DNA of 57,461 nucleotides from a virus (taxonomy: Duplodnaviria; Caudoviricetes). A model generated the notes under the pieces. It did not search any database. It worked only from the letters and a program-made list of their open reading frames with translations, and was not told the DNA's origin. Shown one piece after another: positions 17,219-25,769 of this stretch; position 1 is the first letter of the stretch, and every line of letters begins with the position of its first letter. Location: IMG/VR virus record IMGVR_UViG_3300036987_000087, positions 1-57,461 of that record; one strand, given 5' to 3'. The position numbers and the translations under genes were made by a program.

Positions 17219-18158
17219 GCGCGAGACGACCAAGGAACGCTCTGTAGGCCGATGGAAGTCGATACTTTCAGCGTTCGGCCTCACGCAGCAGCAGCTTTCC
17301 GGCAAGCACGGCCCATGCCCTGTATGCGGCGGAAGGGATCGATTCAGGTTCGACGACAAGGGCGGCAACGGTACCTGGTTCTGCAATCAGTGCGGGGCGG
17401 GTGACGGCATCGGTCTCGTGATGCGCCTCAAGCGGGTGGCGTTCAAGGAAGCGTGCCAGTCCATCGAGTCGTACATCCCTGGGGCGGCCGTCGCTACGCG
17501 GTCGGCTACGTCCAAGGTCGATTGGGAGGCGCGCGGGCTCGATCTGTGGGCACAGTGCCGGCCGTTGGACGGATCGGATACGGCGTCGCTGTATCTGCGT
17601 CGGCGCGGCATTCTTCCGACGCGCCAGCCTATGCTGCGGCACGCGCCGCGATACGGCTACGTGCACGAGGACCGGCACAAGACGACGCATCCGGCGATGG
17701 TGGCCCGCTACGTTTCACCGGACGCCACGCACAGCACTTTCCACATTACATATCTCGACGCATCGGGACGGAAGGCTGACGTGCCGAGCGTGAAGAAGCT
17801 CTGGCCTGGACGTGTGCCGGATGGCGGCGCCGTTCGCCTTGCCCCGTCTGCAGACACGATGGGGATAGCCGAAGGCATCGAGACGGCGATGAGCGCGGCG
17901 CAGCTTTTCTCAGTCCCGGTCTGGGCTGCGCTCAACTCCGGCAACCTCATGAAATGGCAACCGCCCGAGACGGCCCGCAACATCATCGTATTTGGGGATC
18001 GCGACGAGAGTTTCGACGGTCAGTGCAAGGCGTATGCCCTCGCACATCGGCTCAAGTTGTCCGGGCTGTCTGTCGAGGTGCGCCTTCCAGATTTCGACGG
18101 GGACTGGAACGACTACCTGACGAGTTTCGATGCACCACGCGCTGAAGCCGCAGAATGA
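17211..18158 (+). CDS. P4-type Zn-finger/TOPRIM primase
   Basis: HGPCPVCGGRDRFRFDD...CNQCGAGDG; IAEGIETA, FGDRD, DWND. Confidence 0.9.
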   Translation: MRERETTKERSVGRWKSILSAFGLTQQQLSGKHGPCPVCGGRDRFRFDDKGGNGTWFCNQCGAGDGIGLVMRLKRVAFKEACQSIESYIPGAAVATRSATSKVDWEARGLDLWAQCRPLDGSDTASLYLRRRGILPTRQPMLRHAPRYGYVHEDRHKTTHPAMVARYVSPDATHSTFHITYLDASGRKADVPSVKKLWPGRVPDGGAVRLAPSADTMGIAEGIETAMSAAQLFSVPVWAALNSGNLMKWQPPETARNIIVFGDRDESFDGQCKAYALAHRLKLSGLSVEVRLPDFDGDWNDYLTSFDAPRAEAAE

Positions 18159-18173
18159 CGGAGGGGTATCACC

Positions 18174-18758
18174 ATGCAGCAGCCAGACACGAAGCCAAAC
18201 TTCACACCGCGCGTTTTGATCAGCCATTGCGTGAGAGCTGCGTCCATCGTCTGCGGCATTCGCCGGGATCTGTTGCTGAGCGATACGAGGCAGTCGCCAA
18301 CGGTCGCGCTCGCCCGACAGTTGGGCATGGCGGTGGCTGCCGATCTCACCGGCCAGAGTTTGCCGGCGATCGGCCGTGGCTTCGGCGGTCGCGACCACAC
18401 GACGGTGATCCACGCCATCCGCAAGGTCGAGGAGACGGCGATAGCGGATCGGCAGTTTGCTCACGCGGCGCGCGAGGTCGCCATTAAGGCGCGCCAGCTC
18501 GCCGGCGTCTGGCCGTCGCCGCAGCAGCATGGAATGCCCGTCGTCTCCGAAGAGGTGCGCAAGCCGACGCTGGCAAGCGTGCCGTCGATGGACAAGCTGG
18601 AAACCGTCCTGACCGACGTGCAGCGCCGGGAGATGGTTCGGCTTCGGGCGAAGGGCAAGGGCTGGTCTGTCGGCGGACTGGCGCGGCGCTACTCAATATC
18701 GATTGATCAGGTCTATCGCGAGTTGGGCGAGACGCCACCGAACAAGATTGCAGCCTAA
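18174..18758 (+). CDS. DnaA C-terminal (domain IV) HTH protein with a second HTH
   Basis: ARQLGMAVA...[24 protein letters not shown]; C-terminal [14 protein letters not shown]. Confidence 0.85.
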   Translation: MQQPDTKPNFTPRVLISHCVRAASIVCGIRRDLLLSDTRQSPTVALARQLGMAVAADLTGQSLPAIGRGFGGRDHTTVIHAIRKVEETAIADRQFAHAAREVAIKARQLAGVWPSPQQHGMPVVSEEVRKPTLASVPSMDKLETVLTDVQRREMVRLRAKGKGWSVGGLARRYSISIDQVYRELGETPPNKIAA

Positions 18759-18771
18759 GGGGAACACGACG

Positions 18772-19782
18772 ATGGGGGCGAAGAAGAAGCGCAAGCCGGA
18801 TGTCGGCGCGCGACGCGAGCGGCAAAGGGTCGTCTCGTTGCACCACAAGACACGTGAGAACCTCGAAGCGCTGAATGTCGATGTGGAGGGGATGTTCAGC
18901 GAGAACCCCGTCGTGCTTCGCAGGCTGCACAAGGCATCACTCGATTTGCGGGAGATGCACGAGCGGATGACGCGGAGCAATGCCGTCTCTCCGACAGCGC
19001 CGACACCCGAGCGCTTGCGTCACTCAACAGGGGGCGTGAGGGCGTTCGAGGTCAACCCGGCACTACCGAAAGCGCATCAAGTGGAATGGCCCTTGGAGGT
19101 TATCCGCGACCGCCTGTCGTCGTTTCAGTACGAGGCCGCCGAACGGCTGCGGGATGCCTACCTCGAAATGCAACCCCGCTCGGCTGTTGCGGACACGACC
19201 GGGGCCGGTGGCGCGTCAGACCCATCGAGCCGCCTCGCAATAACGGAGACGATGGAGTTCGCCGGCAGGGAGTTCCATTGGCTGATGGGGCGCCTTGAGA
19301 CCCCGTTCCGCCGCATCGTTGAGAACTTCATTCTGGAGCGCGTACCGGAGGGCAAAGAGCGATGCATGACCATTGTCGAGTTCGGCAACAGGGCCTCGAA
19401 GATGGGCGGCGACAATCAGGGGCGGGCCGCCGGCGTCATGGCGATCATGCTGGCGTGTGACCGGCTGAACTACCTCTACCACGCCTACGACAGTTGGAAG
19501 CGGGAGCAGTGTCACCGGACAGATCGAATGATGAAGTCGGACATCGGCCAACGGGCAGGCCGGCAGGGGTGGATTTGCTCGCTGTGGGACTGGTGTCACC
19601 GCAACGGCAAGCTGCCCCAGGTCCAGGCCGACGTGGATCTCATTCGAGTGCGTCACGACGCGGAGGCCGTCCGTCTCCGCAATAGCCCGCCGATGGAGTT
19701 GGAGCGGTACCACCGACGCCGGGATCGCCTCGTCTCCATCGCGTTCCGAGACGAGGATGAGCGGGTGAGGATCGTGGCATGA
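18772..19782 (+). CDS. Hypothetical protein, candidate late-gene regulator (DUF6456-like)
   Basis: PTPERLRH...QYEAAERLR; position after replication genes; function inferred only. Confidence 0.5.
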   Translation: MGAKKKRKPDVGARRERQRVVSLHHKTRENLEALNVDVEGMFSENPVVLRRLHKASLDLREMHERMTRSNAVSPTAPTPERLRHSTGGVRAFEVNPALPKAHQVEWPLEVIRDRLSSFQYEAAERLRDAYLEMQPRSAVADTTGAGGASDPSSRLAITETMEFAGREFHWLMGRLETPFRRIVENFILERVPEGKERCMTIVEFGNRASKMGGDNQGRAAGVMAIMLACDRLNYLYHAYDSWKREQCHRTDRMMKSDIGQRAGRQGWICSLWDWCHRNGKLPQVQADVDLIRVRHDAEAVRLRNSPPMELERYHRRRDRLVSIAFRDEDERVRIVA

Positions 19783-20090
19783 CCATCCCGATCGTTGTCA
19801 CCCGGCACGCGGTGCGCAGATACCTGGAGCGGGTGATGCACGTCGACCTGTCCGCCTATGACCGATTGGGCATGAGCGATTCACTCGCCGTCGATTTGGC
19901 CTGCGAGAGACACAGCATCGATGCTGCGTACATCGAGGCGCAGATTACTTTGGACGTTGAGCCGAGAGTTCCTGAGACCGTGCGGCTGAGAGGAACAGCG
20001 CGAACGGTGCGCGGGGAGATATGCAGATACGTGATCGAGGGCCGATACGTAGTTACCACGTTGCCAGAGCGGGGAGATGCAGCGGCATGA
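19779..20090 (+). CDS. Hypothetical protein
   Basis: VTRHAVRRYLERV...VVTTL motif; coupled. Confidence 0.7.
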   Translation: MTIPIVVTRHAVRRYLERVMHVDLSAYDRLGMSDSLAVDLACERHSIDAAYIEAQITLDVEPRVPETVRLRGTARTVRGEICRYVIEGRYVVTTLPERGDAAA

Positions 20091-20329
20091 GACACGATCA
20101 ACGTGACTGGCGCGCAGTCGACCGCGCAAAGCGTGCTGACGACTGGCGGTATGCGGGCGAGTTTCTGGTGCTTGCCCCACTGGGTTTCATCGGCGGCCTC
20201 GTCGCCACGATGTTCGTCGGATTTTTCGTGTCCTGCGTCTTCATCGCTGCGGTGCTGATCCGGTGCGCACCGCTCATCATTGCGGTGTTCGTGGCTATCA
20301 TGCTCGCCAGATGCGTGGGGGTGGTGTGA
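20087..20329 (+). CDS. Small membrane protein
   Basis: Two hydrophobic stretches; coupled. Confidence 0.6.
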   Translation: MRHDQRDWRAVDRAKRADDWRYAGEFLVLAPLGFIGGLVATMFVGFFVSCVFIAAVLIRCAPLIIAVFVAIMLARCVGVV

Positions 20330-20502
20330 TGGCTGAGATTGACTGGCAGCGTCGCGCCGAGGCTTACCGCGAGTTGCTCGTTCAGGCCCGCGCAAAGCTC
20401 GTGACCTGCGCCGCAGATACACCGCTCACTGTGACGTACCCAACCCGTAAGCGCGTGCTCACAGACATGATCAACAAGATCACAATTGCAATCGAAGGAT
20501 AG
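20329..20502 (+). CDS. Hypothetical protein
   Basis: TGATG coupling. Confidence 0.55.
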   Translation: MAEIDWQRRAEAYRELLVQARAKLVTCAADTPLTVTYPTRKRVLTDMINKITIAIEG

Positions 20503-20512
20503 GGGAAGGCAG

Positions 20513-20812
20513 ATGGAAACGCGCACCGTACACGACCCGTTCGTAGGCGTTGACGTGCAGGTCAGCAACCGGCTTGTTGACCGGCTACGCGGCAAGTACG
20601 CGAGCGGGCCGCACCTGCCTAACGGCTTGCCCGAATTCGGATGGCGGCAGTTTCAGGCGACGCCGATCAACCTGGAGGCAGCTACGCGCATCGAGGCACT
20701 TGAGGCGGCGCTGCACAAGATCAACCGCTTGATCGACCGCCCGTCGTGCTTCAACGGTGAAATTCAGAAAGTGCTCGATAGCGTGATCGATACATCGGAC
20801 ATCAAGTTCTGA
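20513..20812 (+). CDS. Hypothetical protein
   Basis: SD present; LVDRLR...EAATRIEALE motif. Confidence 0.65.
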   Translation: METRTVHDPFVGVDVQVSNRLVDRLRGKYASGPHLPNGLPEFGWRQFQATPINLEAATRIEALEAALHKINRLIDRPSCFNGEIQKVLDSVIDTSDIKF

Positions 20813-20858
20813 AAAACGGAGACAACCATGTCAAAGCTCTATCAGTACGCAGTGCCGT

Positions 20859-21356
20859 GTGATGGATGACAGACTGCCAAACGCGGCGGCTGCCCAATGC
20901 CCTAAGTGCGGGGGCAAGCTGAATCGGTCGGTCCGTGGGCGCATCTTGAAGTCATGTGATGGATGCCGCAGGGCCGCCAAGAACCCTGGTCCGTCCGCCA
21001 AGATCGAGTTGCGGCATCGGGGAGCTTACAACGAACTTATCGCGGTCGCGTGGCTGCTGACCGAGGGGTACGAGGTTTTCCGAAACGTCAGTTCTCACGG
21101 CTGCGCAGATCTCGTGGTCTGGCGCGGGGAAGATGTGCGCTTCGTAGACGTGAAGGCTTCTACGAGAACGCAGAACGGGGAGTGGCAAGTCCCGAAGAGA
21201 AAGAGCGAGGCGCGGCGGCGAGGTGTGTGGCTACTGCTTGTCTCGTGGAACGGCGAGTTTCGTTGGGTGCATCCGCAGGAAGAATCAACACGGGACCGGC
21301 GCTTCGGGCCCAGAGCAGACAGGAGGATGGAGCAATGCTCGGAACCAGCAAACTAG
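20859..21356 (+). CDS. Zn-ribbon plus PD-(D/E)XK endonuclease-like protein
   Basis: CPKC...CDGC; RGAYNEL...GYEVF...ADLVV...VDVKAS. Confidence 0.7.
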   Translation: MMDDRLPNAAAAQCPKCGGKLNRSVRGRILKSCDGCRRAAKNPGPSAKIELRHRGAYNELIAVAWLLTEGYEVFRNVSSHGCADLVVWRGEDVRFVDVKASTRTQNGEWQVPKRKSEARRRGVWLLLVSWNGEFRWVHPQEESTRDRRFGPRADRRMEQCSEPAN

Positions 21357-21592
21357 ACAGCCTTCGCCGCGCCGTGGCGGACGCCGTTCTAGCGGGTGGA
21401 GTAGTTGTTGTGTGGTTCGCTGCGGCGAGTGTCTATCTCGGCCTCACGGACGATCCTGGGGCGATTGGCAAGCTATCCATCGTAACGGGTCTGGTCGTTA
21501 CGATCTTCGCAGCGTTGAGGCTGGTGAGGGCATCAGCCTATGACGACGGGCTCGATGCAAGGCGCAACGAGTTCGACGACGTGCCGTTTTAG
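21335..21592 (+). CDS. Small two-TM membrane protein
   Basis: Two hydrophobic helices, SD present. Confidence 0.55.
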   Translation: MLGTSKLDSLRRAVADAVLAGGVVVVWFAAASVYLGLTDDPGAIGKLSIVTGLVVTIFAALRLVRASAYDDGLDARRNEFDDVPF

Positions 21593-21598
21593 GCAAGC

Positions 21599-21635
21599 AA
21601 AAGCCCCGGAGGGGTGATCTCCGGGGCGCTGTTTT
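21599..21635. terminator. Bidirectional intrinsic terminator
   Basis: AAAA GCCCCGGAG-N7-CTCCGGGGC...TTTT between convergent genes. Confidence 0.75.
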
Positions 21636-21705
21636 AACTGATAACATGTTGTCAGTTAGCGCGTGATCTGCGGCGGTAGTGACAACAGGTGAGCGCTACG
21701 GGCCT

Positions 21706-21954
21706 TTATTGGGCGTCCAAAAACATGCCGCCGCACATCGGCCGCGGCTGGTCTAATCCTACGTGCTCGTCGGCGCTGGTAACGAGCATTCCGACTTGAA
21801 CATCGCCGTATTCGCGCTTCACCCACTCAGCAATAGCGTTGGCCTTCACGCGAGCCTCGCGCCTTCCGTCCTCGTCGGGCGCTGCGTTGTGCGCGTCAAC
21901 GTGCCGGTGGTACTCCTGAAATATGCTCTCTGGCGGCAGTCGGTAAAACGGCAT
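21706..21954 (-). CDS. Small hypothetical protein (array gene 5)
   Basis: Preceded by GAGGGCTGAGCC-ATG. Confidence 0.7.
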   Translation of the reverse strand: MPFYRLPPESIFQEYHRHVDAHNAAPDEDGRREARVKANAIAEWVKREYGDVQVGMLVTSADEHVGLDQPRPMCGGMFLDAQ

Positions 21955-21957
21955 GGC

Positions 21958-22101
21958 TCAGCCCTCGCGTTCGCAGTCCTGTATCAACTCAGCGGCTTGG
22001 CGCCGGCCGATGCCGAGCGCCACGATCTTGCGGAAGGTTTCAAGGCGCGGCACGGCATAGAACACCATGTCGTATAGGTACCAGTGAGCTTTCACGTACA
22101 T
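21958..22101 (-). CDS. 47-aa hypothetical protein (array gene 4; below the ORF track cutoff)
   Basis: MYVKAHWYLYDMVF...CEREG*, preceded by TAAGGCCCGAGCC-ATG. Confidence 0.6.
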   Translation of the reverse strand: MYVKAHWYLYDMVFYAVPRLETFRKIVALGIGRRQAAELIQDCEREG

Positions 22102-22111
22102 GGCTCGGGCC

Positions 22112-22411
22112 TTAATTTGACAGGTTAGCGATGGCCTTCTCAGCGGCCGTCATGATGTCGTCGGCCTCAGCGATAGCAGCGAAGTCATCTTCCGCAACAC
22201 CGTTGGAATTTACCCGTGTGATGCCTACGGCGTAGAGCGGTTCGCCAGGGCGGGCGCGACCCTTCGACAGATACCAGTGATGATCCGGTTCGAGCGCTTG
22301 CAGCTTCTCGACAGCCTGCGCTACGGCCTCAGCCTCTGTTGCCATTTCAATCGCCTCTCTGTGGGCCGCGCCGTCGTAACGCGGGTCGCCTTCTTGGTAT
22401 GGGTACGTCAT
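22112..22411 (-). CDS. Small hypothetical protein (array gene 3)
   Basis: Preceded by TGAACAAAAGGCCCGAC-ATG. Confidence 0.7.
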   Translation of the reverse strand: MTYPYQEGDPRYDGAAHREAIEMATEAEAVAQAVEKLQALEPDHHWYLSKGRARPGEPLYAVGITRVNSNGVAEDDFAAIAEADDIMTAAEKAIANLSN

Positions 22412-22433
22412 GTCGGGCCTTTTGTTCAGGGTT

Positions 22434-22658
22434 TCAGTTGAAGCCGAGAATGTAGCGCTCGACCATGTCGCGGTTGCCTTGCTGCGCCTGCATTGCGGCG
22501 TGGATGCCGAGCGCAGAAAGCGCCGGTCCTAGTTTTGTCTCAGGGTGTTTTTCCATGTCCGACATCATGGATGTGACGCCCTCTAGTAGTTCGCCGCGCT
22601 TGACGTGTTCCATCGCGCGGTCCTTGCACCATTGAAGGTATTCGGCTCGTGTTTCCAT
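22434..22658 (-). CDS. Small hypothetical protein (array gene 2)
   Basis: TRAEYLQWCKDRAMEHV...MMSDMEKHPET...ILGFN; preceded by TGAACAAAAGGCCACTTCG-ATG. Confidence 0.75.
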   Translation of the reverse strand: METRAEYLQWCKDRAMEHVKRGELLEGVTSMMSDMEKHPETKLGPALSALGIHAAMQAQQGNRDMVERYILGFN

Positions 22659-22674
22659 CGAAGTGGCCTTTTGT

Positions 22675-23007
22675 TCAGAGTACGGTGGCGCGCTTGCGCC
22701 CCCAGTTTTTAGCTCGCTCCATCGCCTCCGAAATTCGGAATGGCGACCACCCCTTACGCAGACCCTTCACAATAACCGCCTCTGCACGTTTGAAGTCGCG
22801 CCAGCCATGCTGGATCAGGTCGAAGCGCTCGCGGCCCGTCGCAGTGTCTACGTCCTGCCTATCGCGCACGCCGGTTTCCGGCTGGTTCCCATGGCCGCCC
22901 CACGGCAGCGTTGGGTGCCAAATGACATGCGTAAGAACCCAGCGGCCGTCGACCTCTGCATGCCCAATCGGCTCGGTGTATGGGTGGTCGTTCTCGACTG
23001 CGTTCAC
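22675..23007 (-). CDS. Hypothetical protein (array gene 1, GTG start)
   Basis: Preceded by AAAGGCCCGAGCC-GTG, downstream of a strong promoter. Confidence 0.65.
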   Translation of the reverse strand: MNAVENDHPYTEPIGHAEVDGRWVLTHVIWHPTLPWGGHGNQPETGVRDRQDVDTATGRERFDLIQHGWRDFKRAEAVIVKGLRKGWSPFRISEAMERAKNWGRKRATVL

Positions 23008-23069
23008 GGCTCGGGCCTTTGCAATACTGGACAGCGACCAGTTCGCCATCCCACAATTCAATGCCTGGA

Positions 23070-23112
23070 ATCTACTGTGTCCATTGACTTTCGTCAAGCC
23101 TAACGTTACTTT
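23070..23112. promoter_or_regulatory. Overlapping divergent sigma70 promoters sharing a palindrome
   Basis: Minus strand TTGACG-N17-TAGATT; plus strand TTGACT-N17-TACTTT; the two -35 boxes form TTGACTTTCGTCAA. Confidence 0.7.
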
Positions 23113-23118
23113 TGCAAA

Positions 23119-24054
23119 ATGATACCAAACGGCCCAAATATCCGCGGGATAGCGCGGAACGTCAGCAAGCGTTACCCGGTCAGTGGTCAAGTCGCGCTCC
23201 TAGAGCAGAACGGCATCACCGTGATCTACGCAGAGGACAGAAAGCACGCCGAACTAGATATGCGGGGCGCATGGCTGCGCTCGCTGCGCAATGGCGACGT
23301 TGCTGTCGTGACGTGGCTCGGCTTGTTGGCTGACCCCGTGGGCAACGTCGCGCTGCGGCGACGGGACCTGAAGGAAATCGTTGACGAGATCGAAGAGAAG
23401 GGCGCTAGCATTTGGGAGCTGGCAACGGATCGGCGCAGCACCGACAAGAAGCAGCGCGACGCGATGATTGCTGATGCGTGGGAGGGGCTGGCCAAGGCGC
23501 GCTTCGACAAGGGCACCGCGAGCCCTGGTCGCCCGCCTCAGTTCAAATCCGAAGAGGACCGCGCGATCATCTGGGACGAGTGGCACTCGAAACAGCATAA
23601 AACCAATGCTGAAGCCGCTCGCGCCGCCTCCGCTCGCCTGCAAAAAATTATCCGCCCCAACCTGATGTGGCGCATCGTGTTGGAGATGCGCGCGGCGAAT
23701 GGGTTGCCTGCAAAGCTGAAGGGCGGCAGCGGCCGTCGCGCTGGCCGGCGCGAGCCATCGCTTGGCGGCGCCTGGGATAAGCATAAGTCGCAGGTCTATT
23801 TCCTGCAGCAGGGCGAAACCGACCGCGTTAAGATTGGCTTCTCGTGCCGGATCAATGGGCGCATCTCGAATTTGCGCAGCAGCAATCCTGACAAGCTCAC
23901 GCTGCTGGCTACGGTGAGTGGAGCGCGCGACGCTGAGGCTCGACTGCACAAGCGCTTCTCGCGCTACCGCATAACGGGTGAGTGGTATCGACTAGAAGGC
24001 AAGCTTGCGGAGTACGTCGCGAAGCTGCCGAAGCCTAAGAAACCTATGTCCTGA
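23119..24054 (+). CDS. Degenerate serine resolvase-like domain fused to a T5orf172-type GIY-YIG domain
   Basis: RGIARNVS...Q...LRNGDVAVVTWL...GRPP; C-terminal VYFLQ...VKIGFS...RISNL...EARLHKRF...GEWY. Confidence 0.75.
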   Translation: MIPNGPNIRGIARNVSKRYPVSGQVALLEQNGITVIYAEDRKHAELDMRGAWLRSLRNGDVAVVTWLGLLADPVGNVALRRRDLKEIVDEIEEKGASIWELATDRRSTDKKQRDAMIADAWEGLAKARFDKGTASPGRPPQFKSEEDRAIIWDEWHSKQHKTNAEAARAASARLQKIIRPNLMWRIVLEMRAANGLPAKLKGGSGRRAGRREPSLGGAWDKHKSQVYFLQQGETDRVKIGFSCRINGRISNLRSSNPDKLTLLATVSGARDAEARLHKRFSRYRITGEWYRLEGKLAEYVAKLPKPKKPMS

Positions 24055-24170
24055 ATAGGAGAAGCAAGTGCGCGAGATACGTGTGCGGCTCTGGATGGTC
24101 TATTGGAGTGCCGTGATTTGGTGGGATCGGCACGTTCGCGGCTGGAAACACATGGAAGAGAAAGACTGAC

Positions 24171-24401
24171 ATGGCCAAAGGTTTTGAGGCGTCACCGCTA
24201 GTCAAGACGCTGCACCACTGGCAAGCGCTCGACGCAAAGGGCGACGTGCTGCCGTGCCCATTCTGCGGGTCGCCCGCTTACACCATGCCGTGCGACCCGG
24301 AACCGGCTGCGCGAGTTCAATGCGGCGGCAGTTGCGAAGCGACGATGTACTCCCCCTATGGGCGAGAGCACGCGGTCGCTGCCTGGAATAGACGTGTCTA
24401 G
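24171..24401 (+). CDS. Lar-family restriction alleviation protein
   Basis: LPCPFCGS...CGGSC...AVAAWNRR. Confidence 0.8.
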   Translation: MAKGFEASPLVKTLHHWQALDAKGDVLPCPFCGSPAYTMPCDPEPAARVQCGGSCEATMYSPYGREHAVAAWNRRV

Positions 24402-24403
24402 AA

Positions 24404-24598
24404 ATGGAGCGACAGATGGTCATATGGCGACGTTGGCGCACAATTCGCGGTGCAGGATTTTTCGGTCAACCCGTCGGGTATCTGCCGGACGCCCACTTTC
24501 CATTCCGATGGATGGCACGCACGCATGCGTGGGCGTGGAAGACGTTTAATTTGTTCCCCGGAAGGCTTGTATCTCGCGTTGAGCGAGCGTCCGATTAG
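24404..24598 (+). CDS. Hypothetical protein
   Basis: ORF directly after the Lar-like gene. Confidence 0.45.
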   Translation: MERQMVIWRRWRTIRGAGFFGQPVGYLPDAHFPFRWMARTHAWAWKTFNLFPGRLVSRVERASD

Positions 24599-24609
24599 CC
24601 GCCGACATG

Positions 24610-24640
24610 AAAACCCCGCCAGCGGTGAAGCCAGCGGGGT
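24610..24640 (-). terminator. Intrinsic terminator between convergent units
   Basis: AAAACCCCGC...GCGGGGT hairpin. Confidence 0.6.
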
Positions 24641-24662
24641 CAATTGAGTTCGACTGTTCGGC

Positions 24663-25769
24663 TTATGCCTTCGCAAGTGCCTTGTTCTTCCAGCTACGAG
24701 TGCGAGCAGGGATGAGGCCAGCTTCTTCCCACTCGCGAAGCCACTCCGAGGCCGTCGACTTACCGATGCCGTACCGTTCGGCGATCTCGTTCTGGCTTGC
24801 GAACTGACCGCCAAAAGCGAGGTGCGTCACGAGATCAGCGGCAGCTTCGTCCTTGGTGTAGCCGCCGCGTCCCTTGCGGCTCAGAGTTCGTCCCGAACCG
24901 TTCGGCTTCTTTGGTTCGGTTCGTGGCGAACGGAGCCCTCCGTTGTTCGGCTTGTCGTTCCGTGGCGAAATGATCGCTTCGGGATCACTCACGAACCGAT
25001 CCCGGAAGTCCGTCAGTTCGTCATTTGAGACTGAACCGATTTGGGTTAGCTCGTTCTGGCGAACTGAAGTCTGAACCGACTTCGGTAGACGCTTCGGAGA
25101 GAACGCGAACCCGAAGCTGACGATCGTCCCGAACTCTAGAAAAAGTGTCGTCAAAAATGGGCTCAGCAAGATCGCCAGCGCCCGAACCTTGTCCTTGTCG
25201 TAACCGAGAGCCGCCGCAACGGTGGCGAACTGCTCAGCTTCGGCGCTCACCGGCTTGGCCGGTTCAAGAACCTGCAGGCGGGCTTCTAGACCCTTCAGCG
25301 AATTCTCGTAGAAGGCTGCCGTTGCCTTCTTGGCCTTGCACTTGTTGCCGTCTCCGTCGGCGCACTCGGCATCGCGTGCCGCACGCTTTTCGTTGACTGC
25401 AATGCGCTCGGCCTGGATCTGCGCCTCAAGGTCGAGACGCTGGGCCACGAGCTGGTCATGCTCGACGCCCGATACCAGTGTCTTCTCTGCCTGCCGACCG
25501 ACCGAAGAATATACAACGAGGCCGGTGCCGGCGAGGAAGAGTGCCGCAAACCCAATGACCGATACCCAATGGCGGGCGCGGCGTGCGAGGTCTGCGAGGT
25601 GGCCAACCATCATCGTTCCAGAGACGGTGACGAGTGTAAGCCAGTGCTTGAGCGTGAACTGTGCTCCGTGCATCAGGACGTCCTCGAAGAGGATGGCCAA
25701 GGTGCCGGTTGCGAGGATCACGCCCGCCGCGATTGCAAGGCCACGGCCGGCCGTGTTAGAAGTCGTCAT
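24663..25769 (-). CDS. Membrane protein: 3 TM, coiled coil with Cys pair, TM, linker, C-terminal winged HTH
   Basis: Hydrophobic N-terminal helices, RDAECADGDGNKC, fourth TM, TKDEAAADL...SQNEIAERYGIGKSTASEWLREWEEAGLIP; AAGGA SD. Confidence 0.8.
   Translation of the reverse strand: MTTSNTAGRGLAIAAGVILATGTLAILFEDVLMHGAQFTLKHWLTLVTVSGTMMVGHLADLARRARHWVSVIGFAALFLAGTGLVVYSSVGRQAEKTLVSGVEHDQLVAQRLDLEAQIQAERIAVNEKRAARDAECADGDGNKCKAKKATAAFYENSLKGLEARLQVLEPAKPVSAEAEQFATVAAALGYDKDKVRALAILLSPFLTTLFLEFGTIVSFGFAFSPKRLPKSVQTSVRQNELTQIGSVSNDELTDFRDRFVSDPEAIISPRNDKPNNGGLRSPRTEPKKPNGSGRTLSRKGRGGYTKDEAAADLVTHLAFGGQFASQNEIAERYGIGKSTASEWLREWEEAGLIPARTRSWKNKALAKA
24845..25134. repeat. Dense CGAAS/STTCG pentamer array
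   Basis: About 17 pentamers (about 25 GAAS/STTC tetramers) counted by eye in about 290 bp. Confidence 0.75.

Noticed and set aside
21695-23020. CRISPR or guide-RNA array
   Set aside because: Repeats are short and degenerate, the spacers are whole ORFs of 140-330 bp, and no cas-like gene is present
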